NCBI RefSeq assembly: GCF_006345805.1
Contig: NC_043011.1
Coordinates: 29,834,464-29,898,463 of the forward strand
Length of the DNA stretch: 64,000 nt
Direction of reading: 5' to 3'
From: Octopus sinensis
Lineage: Eukaryota
The notes beneath the pieces are model-generated. The model did not search any database and was not told where the DNA came from. It was given only the letters and a program-made list of their open reading frames with translations. This document shows positions 11,711-24,372 of this stretch, one piece after another. Position 1 is the first letter of the stretch. Every line of letters begins with the position of its first letter. A program made the translations under genes and the position numbers.

Positions 11711-12489
11711 TATATATATATGTATGTACTTACATACAGGAGACTAATAGCTGCTTTATGTATATATTAAAAAAATCAAAGCAAAAATGGAACAAGAATG
11801 TAACAGGCAACAAGAAAACATATCATCAGTAGTGAATATATCAAAAAAAGAAGCGCATGTTAAAGCATTAAAGCAGTAATATATTTTTTAGGAAGTTGAT
11901 TATGGCTGGTCAAAGAGTGACCATTTTTTTTGCACCAATAAAGTGCTTTCGCTTATATGGCCAAGTGCTTTATAGAGGCAAAACCAATGGTCGCTATTTG
12001 ACTGGCCATAAAAATCAATGTACTCTTGCACATAGACATAGAGAGAGGAAGAGAGTGAGGGGAGGGAAGAGAGAAGAAAAGAAAGAAAGGGAGAGAGAAT
12101 GAGAGAGAGGGGAAAGAGAAGAAAAGAGTGAAAGGGAGAGAGAAAGAATGAGAGAGAGAGAGAGAGAAAGAGAAAGACAGAAATTTTCACAGTGTCAAAA
12201 GATTCTAAGAACTAAGCATTTGATATCAAATGAGTCAGTGTTATTTGATATCAAATAAATTAGTGGCACTAGATAAGCAGAACCAAAACGATTGCACCAA
12301 AACGTCTCAAAGCACAGAACAGACCAAAGATTAAGAAACTGATGGAGACTGTAATGCGTTAGTCACAGATGGCTGATCCATGATATAAGAAAATGAATGC
12401 AGCTCAGAAGAATTGCTGTTTGTGTGAGCACATCTATGTTAACCTCACAATCATGCATATTCTAACTTTAAAGAGTAAAAAAGAGTAAA

Positions 12490-13042
12490 GTCCCCCTTCA
12501 GTCATGAATGACCATGGGATTGCACCTAGAAAGTTCCCTTCTGAGGCACAAGTCTGGGCAAGGTTGTTTATAGAAGACAAGCAGTAACCCATGCATACCT
12601 ATTTCTTTACTACTCATAAGGGGCTAAACACAGAGGGGACAAACAAGGACAGACATAAGTATTAAGTCGATTACATCGACCCCAGTGCGTAACTGGTACT
12701 TAATTTATCGACTCCGAAAGGATGAAAGGCGAAGTCGACCTCGGCGGAATTTGAACTCACAACGTAACGCAGACGAAATACCGCTAAGCATTTCGCCCGG
12801 CGTGCTAACGTTTCAGCCAGCTCGTCACCCATGCATACCGGCCTCTCCTCTCCACACCATTGATGTTATCCAAAGGAACAGCAAAGGCTGATACAGCTTA
12901 GCACCAGTAGCATCATAATTCCTTTCTACAGCTGAGTGAACTGGAACAATGTGAAATAAAGTGTCTTGCTCAATAGCACAACACACACCCCAGTCCAGGA
13001 ATCGAACTTACTACCTCATGCCTGTGAGCTTGATGCTCTAAT
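12490..13042 (-). mobile_element. SINE family H (E-type head, different body) interrupted by a family B SINE
   Basis: Body matches 50650-50910; the end module GGTCATGAATGACCATGGGATTGCACCTAGAAAGTT also occurs at 13560-13630 and, inverted, at 55655-55755. Confidence 0.65.
12600..12826 (-). mobile_element. SINE family B, near-complete copy with 13-bp TSD
   Basis: ACCCATGCATACC at 12587-12599 and 12827-12839. Core GAGTTCAAATTCCGCCGAGGTCGACTT.GCCTTTCATCCTTTCGG.GTCGATAAATTAAGTACCAG on the minus strand. Confidence 0.85.
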
Positions 13043-13269
13043 CACTGAACCACATGCCTTTGTATCCTAACTTTAAGCCATCATATTTATCCCATGGTGG
13101 CTTAAGTCTTTTGATATCAACACACCTGAGACTGTCCCTAGTTCTATGTTACAAGTTTCTTGTCCAAAATCATTTAGATTGAAATGTATGAATTTCATGT
13201 TAATTATATTTCAAATTTCATTTTAATCATAGTAAAGTTATTTTATTTTATAAATTATTCTTCATTATT

Positions 13270-13545
13270 TTAATTAATTGAAACAAATGCTGTGTATTTT
13301 AACAGAAATATGGAAATAAAAGAGCTAATGTAATTACAAATATCTTTTTTGAACTCAATGAACTGCTCAAGGGCAGAGAATTGAAATAAACCATTTATAT
13401 AATAAGGAGATGATTTTATTCTGTACTCAGGTGCACTACAACTAACTGGAAAAGGGTAAAAGAGGGGATGTAAAAGCAGCAAAGAGTCAAATAAAGAAGG
13501 ATAGCAATGATAGACAAAAGGAGATGCAGAGTACATAGGATAAAA
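13270..13545 (-). mobile_element. CR1/L2-type LINE 3' tail remnant
   Basis: Shares TAGTTGTAGTGCACCTGAG.AC with 48735-48760. Confidence 0.4.
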
Positions 13546-13734
13546 ATACAGGAGTTGTGACCCCCTTCGGTCATGAATGACCATGGGATTGCACCTAGAA
13601 AGTTACCCTCCGAGGCACAAGTCTGGGGCAAGAGGTGTGGGTTTGTTTACATCCTCATAACTTAGTGGTTTGCTAAAAGGGGCAGATAGGTTGAGTATCA
13701 GGCTTAAATTGAATGCTGGAATTGATTACTTTTT

Positions 13735-14170
13735 ATCCCTTTTCTTTTACTTGTTTCAGTCATTGGACTGTGGCCATGCTAGGGCACCACCTTGAAGGGT
13801 TTTAGTTGAAGAAACGAACTTCATAATTTTATTTTTTTAAGACTGGTACTTATTCTATCAGTCTCTTTTTGTCGAATCAGTAAGTTACAGGGATGTAAAC
13901 ACACCAACACTGGATGTCAAGAAGCCAAGGGGGACAAACACAGACATAAACACACACACACACACACACTTACACACACACACACTTACACACACACACA
14001 CATAAATGATGGGCTTCTTTCAATTTCTGTCAACCATCAACCAAATCCACTCATAAGGCTTTGGTCAGCTTGAGGCTATTGTAGAAGACACTTGTTCAAG
14101 TTGCCATGCAGTGGGACTGAACCCGGAACTATGTGGTTGAGCAGCAAGCTTCAAACCACATGGCCACTGT
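13735..14170 (-). mobile_element. SINE family A, diverged
   Basis: Both halves and the internal (CA)n are present in reverse. Confidence 0.7.
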
Positions 14171-15001
14171 TCAACAAAACATTTTGAAGCAGCACTCTAG
14201 CATAGCTACAGACGAATTACTGAAGCAAGTAAAAGATAAAAGATATCTAACTAGAATTCAATAAATGAAACTACTTGTCATAATTTCCAGGTCTGCTACA
14301 AGTATTCTCAGATCTAGAACTGTAAATGATATCTCTGCTAAAACTGTCATTACTGACACTGAAAAGAGTCACTACATGGTCACTGGATTTGGTGAGATAG
14401 TAGATAGATCTTACCACTTCTTTTAGCTAGACACATTTGTTTTCTTATAGGTGGAGCATTTAATCAATCGAATTAACTCACAACATGATTGGCAGTTTGT
14501 TTATTGAGACCAAAAGTATGAAAGGTGAAGACATCATTCAATACTTATGATTTAAATTCAGAACACTTACTCCAAACACAAAAAAAGAAATATTTTCTGA
14601 TTACCATTTTCCTTGCTTCTGGCTGCATTTGCCTATATTTGCATTCATGCATATTGATGAGAGAATTTGTTCCAGACAACATATCAATTTGCCTGGCACC
14701 ATTCTTTCCCCCGGCATGAAGATGCCAGAGGTAGAAAGCAGAATTTCATCTCAGAACACAAAGATTCTAAAACATATGAGATGTTTCGGCATAGCCGTTT
14801 TTGGTGCTGCCTATTTGGCATTGCTAATTCAGTGCTGACTTATTTGACATCAAATGCTATTTGCATGTTTTCCATTCTTAGGAAACAGACTTATTCCAAT
14901 GATCGATTGAGTATGTGATGTTATGGCACAGCCATTTTGGCATCACTGATTCGCGGCTGCTGTTTAAATGTTTCTTTCATTTCAATGTTACTCTTATTCT
15001 T

Positions 15002-15002
<1 letters not shown>

Positions 15003-15078
<76 letters not shown>
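15003..15078. repeat. (CT)n microsatellite
   Basis: Directly visible. Confidence 0.97.
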
Positions 15079-15082
<4 letters not shown>

Positions 15083-15299
15083 CTTTTTCTCTCCCTTTTT
15101 CTGTGTGTGAGCAGAACTATGTGTTAAGAAGTTTGCTTTGCAACCATGCAATCTCAGGTTCAGTCCCACTGTGTGGCATCTTGAGGAAGTACCTGCAATT
15201 TTAGCATCAGACTGAATAATACCTTCAAAGTGAAACTGGTAAATGTAAAAAGAAACGCTTATTGTGTGTGTGTGTCTTTCTCTCTGTATATATGTATGT

Positions 15300-15695
15300 A
15301 TGAGCTAAACGCCCCCCCCCCCGTTAAATGGACGGTGCTGAGTTGTCAAACATTTAAACCAAATTTTCTCAAAACAACTTGTCCGACCGTCCCATAGGCC
15401 TCCCCCTTGAGAAACACTGATTTAACCTAAATTTGAGACACCAGCAAAAGAAGAAATAACGATAGACGTTTTTCTATTTCAAAGAAAAACGATTTCCCAC
15501 GGCTTTGTTGATCGCATTCTCACCTGGAATCAATTTTTGTAATTTTTTCAAGACTTATACACGCCCTGATACCACCGGTATCTACATATCAAATTTGAGC
15601 GCAATCGGATGGAGGATGCCCGACATCTTAGAAGCCACACACACACACACACAGACACATAAACACACACACAGAATGGATTTTATACAAGAGAT
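15300..15695 (-). mobile_element. Non-autonomous Helitron-like element (5' end near 15695)
   Basis: Minus strand starts A|TCTCTTGTATAAAA then (TG)n and CATCCGATTGCGCTCAAATTTG, a layout typical of Helitron/HINE 5' ends. CpG-rich; 3' end not defined. Confidence 0.4.
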
Positions 15696-16059
15696 TATTT
15701 AATAAAACCAACAGAAAGCATTCAATGAATTTGCTTCAAGGAGTGGAAAATAAAAAAATTCAGAGAATTGCAGACAGTTTTTCTAATCCAGAGAATGTTA
15801 TACTTCACTGTCTCTCTTTAATTTCACTCCTGGAAATTTTGCCTTGATGCTCTAAAACGTTAGGTTTTCTGCTCCTCACTGCAACTATACTGTTTTCGTC
15901 AATTTTACTAAATAACATAGGTCTTGATAATGCAAACCAACACCAGGCTGTTTGGATTTTGTTTAATTGCATATGTGTGTGCATGTGTGAGTATACATGT
16001 ACATATATACATGTGTTTGATTTGTCTAAGTGTATCTTTAAATACATACATACAAATAC

Positions 16060-16152
16060 TTTGGGCAAGTGTCTTCTACTATAGCCTTGGGCTGACCCAA
16101 ACCCTTGTGAGTGGATTTGGTAGACAGAAACTGAAAGAAGCCTGTCGTATAT

Positions 16153-16191
<39 letters not shown>

Positions 16192-16393
16192 TGTCTGTGT
16201 TTGTTCCCCCAACATTGCTTGACAACTGATGGTGGTGTGGTTACATTCCCCTAACTTAGCGGTTCAGCAAAAGAGACCGATAGAATAAGTACTAGGCTTA
16301 CAAAGACTAAGTCCTGGGGTCGATTTGCTTGACTAAAGGTGGTGCTCCAGCATGGCCACAGTCAAATGACTGAAACAAGTAAAAGAGTAAAGA
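16060..16393 (+). mobile_element. SINE family A, 5'-truncated
   Basis: Starts at TTGGGCAAGTGTCTTC; complete tail. Confidence 0.8.
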
Positions 16394-17221
16394 GTATACA
16401 CACACACATACACACATATATATATGTACACACAGGGTTTGTAGTTCTGTGAGCTGCATAGTGACATCAATAGTGCAGGCAGTACAAAAAAAGCACCCAG
16501 ACCATGCTGTAAACGGATTAGCATTAGGAAGGGCACCCTGCCATAATAATCATGTCAAAGCATATATTGGAGCACAATGTAGTCCTTAGTCACATTAGAT
16601 CCTATCAAATCATTCCATCCCATGCCAGCAAGGAGCACAGAAGTTAAATGATGATGGTAAGGATCCCACACATACATACAGACACGAGTATGTATTTGTG
16701 TACACACACACAGATGTATCTATAGTACAAGCATGACTGTGATTAAAAGGTTTTTGTTCTAACCATGAAGCTTTGATTCAATGTCATTGCATGACAACTA
16801 GGGCAAGTATCTTCTACGAAAGCTCCAAGTTGACTAAAGCTTTTTACAAGGATTTCATAAATAAAACCCCCCAAAAAAGTCCATTGTGTGAGTGCATGCA
16901 CGTTTGTGTGTGTGTGTGTGTGTTCCTTTACATTTTGGGCTCCATGCATGTTGCTCACTGAACCTGGTATTGTTGTCCTTTCTCCTATCAACAAATTTCC
17001 TGCTTGCTTCACACCTTCCCAGGTGTGTGAAACAAAAAGAACCCTGACTTGAAAAGTAGGTTAATGACAGGAAGGGCTTCTGACTGCAAAACAATGACTC
17101 CGCTAATATATTTATTTGTCTGCATCGCCCATGCTTGCAAATATAAAAAATTAATATAATAAATATATGACTAAACATATACATACATACATACATACAT
17201 ACATACATACACACACACACC

Positions 17222-17252
<31 letters not shown>

Positions 17253-17495
17253 GTGTTTGCGTATGTGTATACAGACACACACACATACACACACAGTAGT
17301 GAACAGAAGGAAAAGGTACTTAATACCATGGATAGAGGAATAATTAAAGTCATTGAACTAGAACTAAAACTGGTTGAATCTATGTTTCACCAAATGGAAA
17401 CTTGTTTGAAACAAAATCACCATCTAGTAATTCAAGTGTGTTTTTGTTTGATCAAACACACAATTCCAAGGCAGCTTTAGTTCCATTTCAGTGAG

Positions 17496-17574
<79 letters not shown>

Positions 17575-17725
17575 GTATATACATGCACATTTCTGAATGC
17601 ATGTATGTATTTATAGATATTTGCTAGTTCTTGTTGAACCATCCAACCCATGCCGTCATTAAAAATGGTTGGTACTTAATGATGATGATGATATAGACAT
17701 ACATATTTACACACTTATATGTGTC

Positions 17726-17767
<42 letters not shown>

Positions 17768-17839
17768 GCTGGTAATCCCCATGAAAATTATGATATTCTC
17801 ATTCTATTCTTACCAACTGATGTTAAGACCAGAACAATC

Positions 17840-18045
17840 AAATCCTTTCTACTATAGGCACAAGGCCTCAAATTTTAGTGGAGGGGACGAGTCGATCACA
17901 TCGACTCCACTGTCATCTCACTGGTATTTAATTTATCGACCGAGAAGGGATGAAAGGCAAAGTTGAACCTGGCAGCATTTGAACAGGTGAAATACCACTC
18001 AAGCATTTTGCCCGGCATGCTAACAATTCTGCCAGCTCGCCACCT
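17840..18045 (-). mobile_element. SINE family B, alternative 3' tail variant
   Basis: B core (CGAAGGGATGAAAGGCAAAGTTGAACCT) with tail ...CCCCTCCACTAAAATTTGAGGCCTTGTGCCTATAGTAGAAAGG; same variant at 37200-37400 and 60136-60310. Confidence 0.65.
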
Positions 18046-18419
18046 TCCAGAACAATCAAATCAATTACATATGTCAAATAAACTTTATTTTCATTTACAT
18101 ATTTTCTACGTTCTCTCATTAACCAGCTATAGTAATTTCAAATATACTTCTCTACAAGGAACAGCTTTCACTAGAAAATAAAAATAGTTTCACACTTTCA
18201 ATTTGAACCAAAATTACAAAGTGTTGCATTGTAAGAATGACAATGTATGAATAATGAAAGTTATGTTTCTCTGAATTAGTCACATGTGTATAATATAATA
18301 AAGAATGTTTATTATCTATCTACCAAATAAACTATGTTTTTGACTCAGCAACTCTTTTTTCCAACATAACCTCGGCAACTAGGTTGGGTCACATAATTTT
18401 GAGTTCGTTTTTGGACAAT

Positions 18420-20208
18420 ATTTTGATTTGCCTCTAATGTATCACTTTCGTCTGATGTTTCACACATGTGTAGAATTCTAATCAGACAAACATTTATGAA
18501 AATGTACACATGGATATTGCATTAAAATAGGCTACAACCAAAAAAATTGCATTAAAAACATCAATTTTTCTATGTGTTATGAGGAAATACAGCCTCACTC
18601 TCTCTCTCTCACCCTCATGCACAAAAAAGATGTATGCATATGTATTTATGGGCAAAAGTCAAGAATACACACTCCTGGTGTTTAGGGTTATGCAAAAAAC
18701 GGGTGGTGTGTGTATTCTTTATCTCTATTTATGTACATATATATGAGAGATAACGTGTGCATGTGTGTGTGTGAGAGAGAGAGAGTGAGTACCACTTGCA
18801 CATACATGCAAAGAATTTCATACATCACAACACACACCTTCACTCACACACACATCCATTTCATATACACGCACATCTTACACTTTCTCCTCTCTTTTAC
18901 TGTCTTGTTTCACTTCAAAGCAAATGTCGCCTTTTCATTTTATCCTCTCCCTCAATTTCTGTTTTCTTCAAAGCATACAGAAATTAAAACAATTTTAGGG
19001 AAATTAACGAACAATCATATGATCCAATAAATTTTGAGTTGACAACTTTGCTTCTTCAAATGAAAGAACACCATAAAATAACTTCCTTTGACACACACAC
19101 CTGCATGCACACACTTTAGGTAAAATTTCTGTGCAAATTATGTTAATTCTTGCAGTGTGCACGTGTAAATTTACAGCTCAAACCCAACCGAAATTATCTT
19201 TTTCTATTGTGTAATTTGTGTTTGTGGTGAGCGTATTTAAAAACCTGATCTTCAATATAAACTCAAAAGAAAGTTTTCCCAGAAATCTTGTCCTTTACCT
19301 CTTCTTTCTAGCATGTCTGAAGTGACATTTCCGCCCCTCCCCCACTTATTTTTTCCTTAAATTTCTTCTGATTCCTATGTTTGCAATACAGGAGATTAGG
19401 ATTTCACCCATAAAACATGTTCTCAATAATTTAATTTTCTCCCTCTCTACACCAAATTAATTTTTTACTTATTTCAAATTTTTATTCTTGGTAATACATG
19501 GAGAAAAAAACAGAGAGTATGAATCTTTAAGAATTTTACCCATCACCTCACCACTTTCAAAAAGCTACACACTCCCAATGTTCACTTTTAGCTCTTTGGA
19601 AAGCAGGGAAGTTTCTTCAGAAATAATATCATTTACCTGTTGCTTCTAGCATGTCGGGTTTTCTGGTGGTCTGGTATTTTTAAAGTCTACTATTTCAGTA
19701 GAATTCTATGCATGCGGGAAACATCAGACAAAAGTGAAAGAAGGGGAGATTTTTGGTGTGATGGGTGAGCAAAGTGGTGTTTCTTGAAGAAAAATTAAAC
19801 TATAAAATATATATATATATATATATATATATTTCCCACATTTGTCATTTCTGTATTTTTCTACGTAGATAACAAAAAAAAAAAAAACTTGAAAATGTTA
19901 CAAATTAAGAAATTGTGGTGGGGATAGATGGAAATTAAAATTTTGATAGCATGATTTCTGGGCAAAATTGTATTAACCTGATTTATATGATGAAACAATA
20001 CATAGTTTCAGATCCTTCTTAAGAACACAAAGCACTTTCATGCAAACCCATGCAAATTATACCCTAGCCCTTCACTATTAAACAAAAAATAACTTTCATT
20101 ATTCCATTAACTATATATCAGCTGTGTTGATTCTGCCCATAAGAAAGGAGCAAATAACACAGTGTTTCTAGGTCATAACACCCGGGCAACGCCGGGAGAC
20201 ATTGCTAG
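18420..20208 (+). mobile_element. Probable non-autonomous Helitron (3' end certain, 5' boundary uncertain)
   Basis: 3' hairpin CCCGG-GCAACG-CCGGG (20181-20196) then CTAG|T (20205-20209). Internal 18590-18870 shares blocks with 41975-42110, upstream of the Helitron helicase. Confidence 0.55.
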
Positions 20209-20268
20209 TATATAAACATAAAGATATATATATATATATAATATATATATATATAATATATATATATA

Positions 20269-20499
20269 TTGTTGTATTTAGGAATGGTCATGTTGCCAGT
20301 TTAGCAATAAAAACACATGCACTATATATTTGGTGTTAATTTGCTTCAGCATTATTTATTTTTTACATTAATCTTAATCTTATTTCGGCCAGAGTTCTTT
20401 CGTCACACTTCTGTGACCTCATATATATTAACACTGAATATATAGTGCGTGTGTTTTTATTGGCTAAACTGGCAAAATGACCATTCCTAAATACAACAA
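20269..20499. repeat. Fold-back: ~72-bp inverted arms with ~86-bp spacer (PLE pLTR-like)
   Basis: 20269-20340 vs reverse complement of 20427-20499: four substitutions and a one-base indel. Confidence 0.85.
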
Positions 20500-20571
20500 C
20501 ATCTATTTCAACACATGATTTCACATCAAGAATCTTGCAAAACAAATGTATATATATATATGCATGTATGA

Positions 20572-20635
<64 letters not shown>

Positions 20636-21094
20636 TATATACAAACTGTCCATGCACACACGCCATACACACATTTGACAATTTGGCCATTAGTCAGAAT
20701 CTGTAGAATTAAAACATTGATGATTTGTGTTACTTATGGTGGATATTATCACAGTGTGTACTGTACTACTGTGCTGAACCTTTCAACTAGGAATATAATA
20801 TTACTCAAAAATAAACTAGGATAAGGGGGCCTTCTAAGCTGGTTCCTTATCCTTGCAGGTTTGTGGGGTCAAGTCCTGTGGAAGGTATTTATTATCTTAG
20901 GTGTAGACATAATGACTGGTTAAGAAATTCAATTAAAATATATTTGGTTTCATCTGTCATTTTTGACTGGAGAGTCCAACATGTATAACCATGTGTGTGT
21001 GTGTGAGTGTGTGTGCACATGTGTGTGTGGGGTGTGTGTGTGTCGGTGTGTTTGTGTGTGTATTTGTGTGTATTTGTGTGTGTGTGTGTGTATA

Positions 21095-21355
<261 letters not shown>

Positions 21356-21798
21356 AGTTATGGATATATGTGCATTACTTTCATCATCTTCAAGTTTGAC
21401 ATCCACTTTCCAATGCTTGCTGGAGTCAGGCAGAATTAACTGACACAGATTTTCTGTCGACAGATGTTCTGCTTCTCACCTGTTCTTAAGCAAGTTATCA
21501 TCTCCCCATGGGCATACAGCTTGGAAACAAACAACATGGTCTGTAAGATTGGTGTCACTTGTTAATGACTGTTGCATGATGTCAAGACAAGTTAACAACA
21601 AAACACACACACACACACATAGATATGTATGTTTCTATATGTGTATACACATACACACATATATATATAATTAGTTACAGAGAGAGAGAGAGAGAGAAAG
21701 AGAGAGATACATACATACATACATGCATACATACATACACACACACACACATATACATATATACATTCATACATACATACATACATACATACATACAA

Positions 21799-22985
21799 AC
21801 AGTGTCTGACAATGTGTTTGCAGTGCCAGTACTCATACCAATATTTGGGCTGCTTGATTGAACACTTGATGAGATCCGAGCTATTGATGTGAAAACACAG
21901 AAGACACTAACAAGCATACATAATTCCCATATAAACAGTAACGTAGACCTCCTCCACTTAAAATGACAACAAGGCAGCAGAAGCTTAACATCGATTCAAA
22001 CTACCTTTGAATGTCGTATCATATCCCTTTGGCAACATCTTTTGACTATCAAGTATCAAAGTGCATCCCTTGACCAAGTTTACATGAGGCTGATAACATC
22101 ATAAGACTTGGCAGGCAGCTCCTTGAGCAGCATTCCTTGTCTGATAACCTTAAATATATGCCAAAGAAGTCGCACGACTCTACTGCAACGTGTCATCAGA
22201 TGAAAGGATGAGAGTATATGAGAAGAAGACCATGTATGGATATGTTAGTAGAAAACTGAGATTATAGTAACTTTGATCATCTAAACATGCATCAACAACA
22301 GGATTACTGCTTCCTGCATTGAAGGGTATGCTTTTGCAATCCAGGAACAAGAAATATCAACCAAATACTTGGTGCACAAAAGGGACAGAGGTGCAGGAAA
22401 AGCAGTAAAACGTGACAACCAATGCAGACTTTGTGGTGTTGACACCAATGATATCACCATCATCATAAGCAGTTGTCTGAAAATGTCATCACGGTTTATC
22501 TACTGATGAGACATGATGTTGTAGCAAGGACACAGTATAACAAGATCTGTTGAAAGGATAACCTCAAGGTCAAAGAAATAAGAATCCATGGTATGGTGAA
22601 AGCCATAGCCACTCACAATAAAAAGGAGTACTGGTGGGATTGTCCCAATGAATACCTCAATAAAATGTAAACACAATAAACTTGATATAAGGATTTGGGA
22701 TAGAGAAGAGACCCTGTGTACAGTTGTTGAAATTAGCTGCCCAGCAGATGTTGACATAAAGGTGAAGATGAGTGAAAAAGAGAATGCCTATACTGAGCTA
22801 TTGAGAAATTTGCATTTACTCTATCTGGATTACAAGTTCTTTGTTTATACCTGTAATTATTGGGGCAGTGGGATATGTAACACACTGCCTAAATACCAAT
22901 TTTAAGAAATTAGGTTTCTCAAACCCAGAAAGGAGAAAGCCGATTTGAAGACTAAAGATCCACACCATCGCTTGAATTGTAAATA
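21799..22985 (+). mobile_element. RLE-type non-LTR retrotransposon 3' fragment (R4/Dong/HERO-like), decayed
   Basis: Peptides IRAIDVKTQKTLT, FAIQEQEISTKY..CRLCG, HDVVART and EYWWDCPMNTSIKCKHNKLDIRIWDREETLCTVVEISCPADV...EKENAY.ELL; many stops and frameshifts. Confidence 0.82.
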
Positions 22986-23296
22986 TTTGATTTTGATTTT
23001 GATTTTTCCAGTTTCAGCTCATGAGCTGTGGCCATGCTGGGGCACCGCCATTTTGTTGGGGCACCGCCATTTGTAAAACTTTTCTTTGAAGTATATATAT
23101 GAACATGTCTAGATATACAACTATATGCATGAGAAGACATGCATAAAACAAAGCATACAAATCTGCACATATGCATACATACAAAATACCCAGTTGGAGT
23201 TGTTCAAATTCCAATGAATGGATCTAGGTTAGAAACTGGTTCTTTTCCATTGCCAAGAAATTTTAAGAAATAAAACTGAATAATGACATACATACA

Positions 23297-23679
23297 TGGA
23301 AGCACTCCGTCGGTTACAACGACGAGGGTTCCGGTTGATCCGATCAACGGAACAGCCTGCTTGTGAAATTAACGTGTAAGTGGCTGAGCACTCCACAGAC
23401 ATGTGTACCCTTAACGCAGTTCTCAGGGATATTCAGCGTGACACAGAGAGTGATAAGGCCGGCCCTTTGAAATACAGGTACAACAGAAACAGGAAGTAAG
23501 ATTGAGAGAAAGTTGTGGTGAAAGAGTACAGCAGGGATCACCACCATCCCTGCCGGAGCCTCGTGGAGCTTTAGGTGTTTTCGTTCAATAAACACTCACA
23601 ACGCCCGGTCTGGGAATCGAAACCGCGATCCTACGACCGCGAGTCCGCTGTCCTAACCACTGGGCCATTGCGCCTCCAC
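23297..23679 (-). mobile_element. tRNA-headed SINE family G, well preserved
   Basis: Head GTGGAGGCGCAATGGCCCAGTGGTTAGGACAGCGGACTCGCGGTCGTAGGATCGCGGTTTCGATTCCC with A and B boxes; CpGs intact. Confidence 0.85.
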
Positions 23680-24179
23680 ACATACATACATACATACATA
23701 CATACATACATCATACATCATACATACATACATACATACATCATACATACATACATACATACATACATACATACATACACATGTATATATGTACTAAATC
23801 TACAAACATTATTATGGATCACCGAGGTCCCAGAAACAGTTATTGGACTTGTAATCCTTTTAATTTTCTCTGTTATTTGTATTCTGTGTAAGTTATGCAT
23901 CCATACATATTTTGTATTTGATGTATTTGATATACTACTTTATGTAGTGATGTGTCTAATTTGATTATCCTCACAATTGCTTCTATCTAAATATATGTGT
24001 GTGTATGCCTATATATAAATGTATATATGTATGTGTGTGTGTGTGTGTGTATGCATATATATATCTATATATGTATATATACACATACAAATATATATAT
24101 AATTATAAAATATTATAATATATATATGTGTGTATATATGTGTGTATGTATATATGTATATATGGGTATATATGTATAT

Positions 24180-24372
24180 GTGTGGAATTCACAAAAAAAA
24201 AATCAAAAGACGAAGACAGGTGATGTAGACAACAAACAGATGTATTAGTATAATGTTCAGGAAGTGAAAAATTATTTAACATTTCGAGCCTGCGCTCTTC
24301 CACAGAAAGGAACACTGAAAGAAACAAGGAGAGAAAATAAAGAATGTGTAGTGGCTAGGGATCTATCATGGC
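24180..24372 (-). mobile_element. PLE-type terminal repeat fragment (same family as 59205-59390 and 50140-50225)
   Basis: Shared AAACAGATGTATTAGTATAATG.TCAGGAA...TTTCGAGCCT..G.TCTTC.ACAGAAAGG...TGTGTAGTGGCTA..GATCTATCATGGCGA. PLE assignment is inferred from the hammerhead-like motif and the (TA)n context. Confidence 0.5.

Noticed and set aside
20859-20884. Possible 26-nt microexon (CCTTGCAG|...AAG|GTATTT)
   Set aside because: Not frame-preserving, and it also resembles a decayed SINE B-box; unsupported without RNA data.
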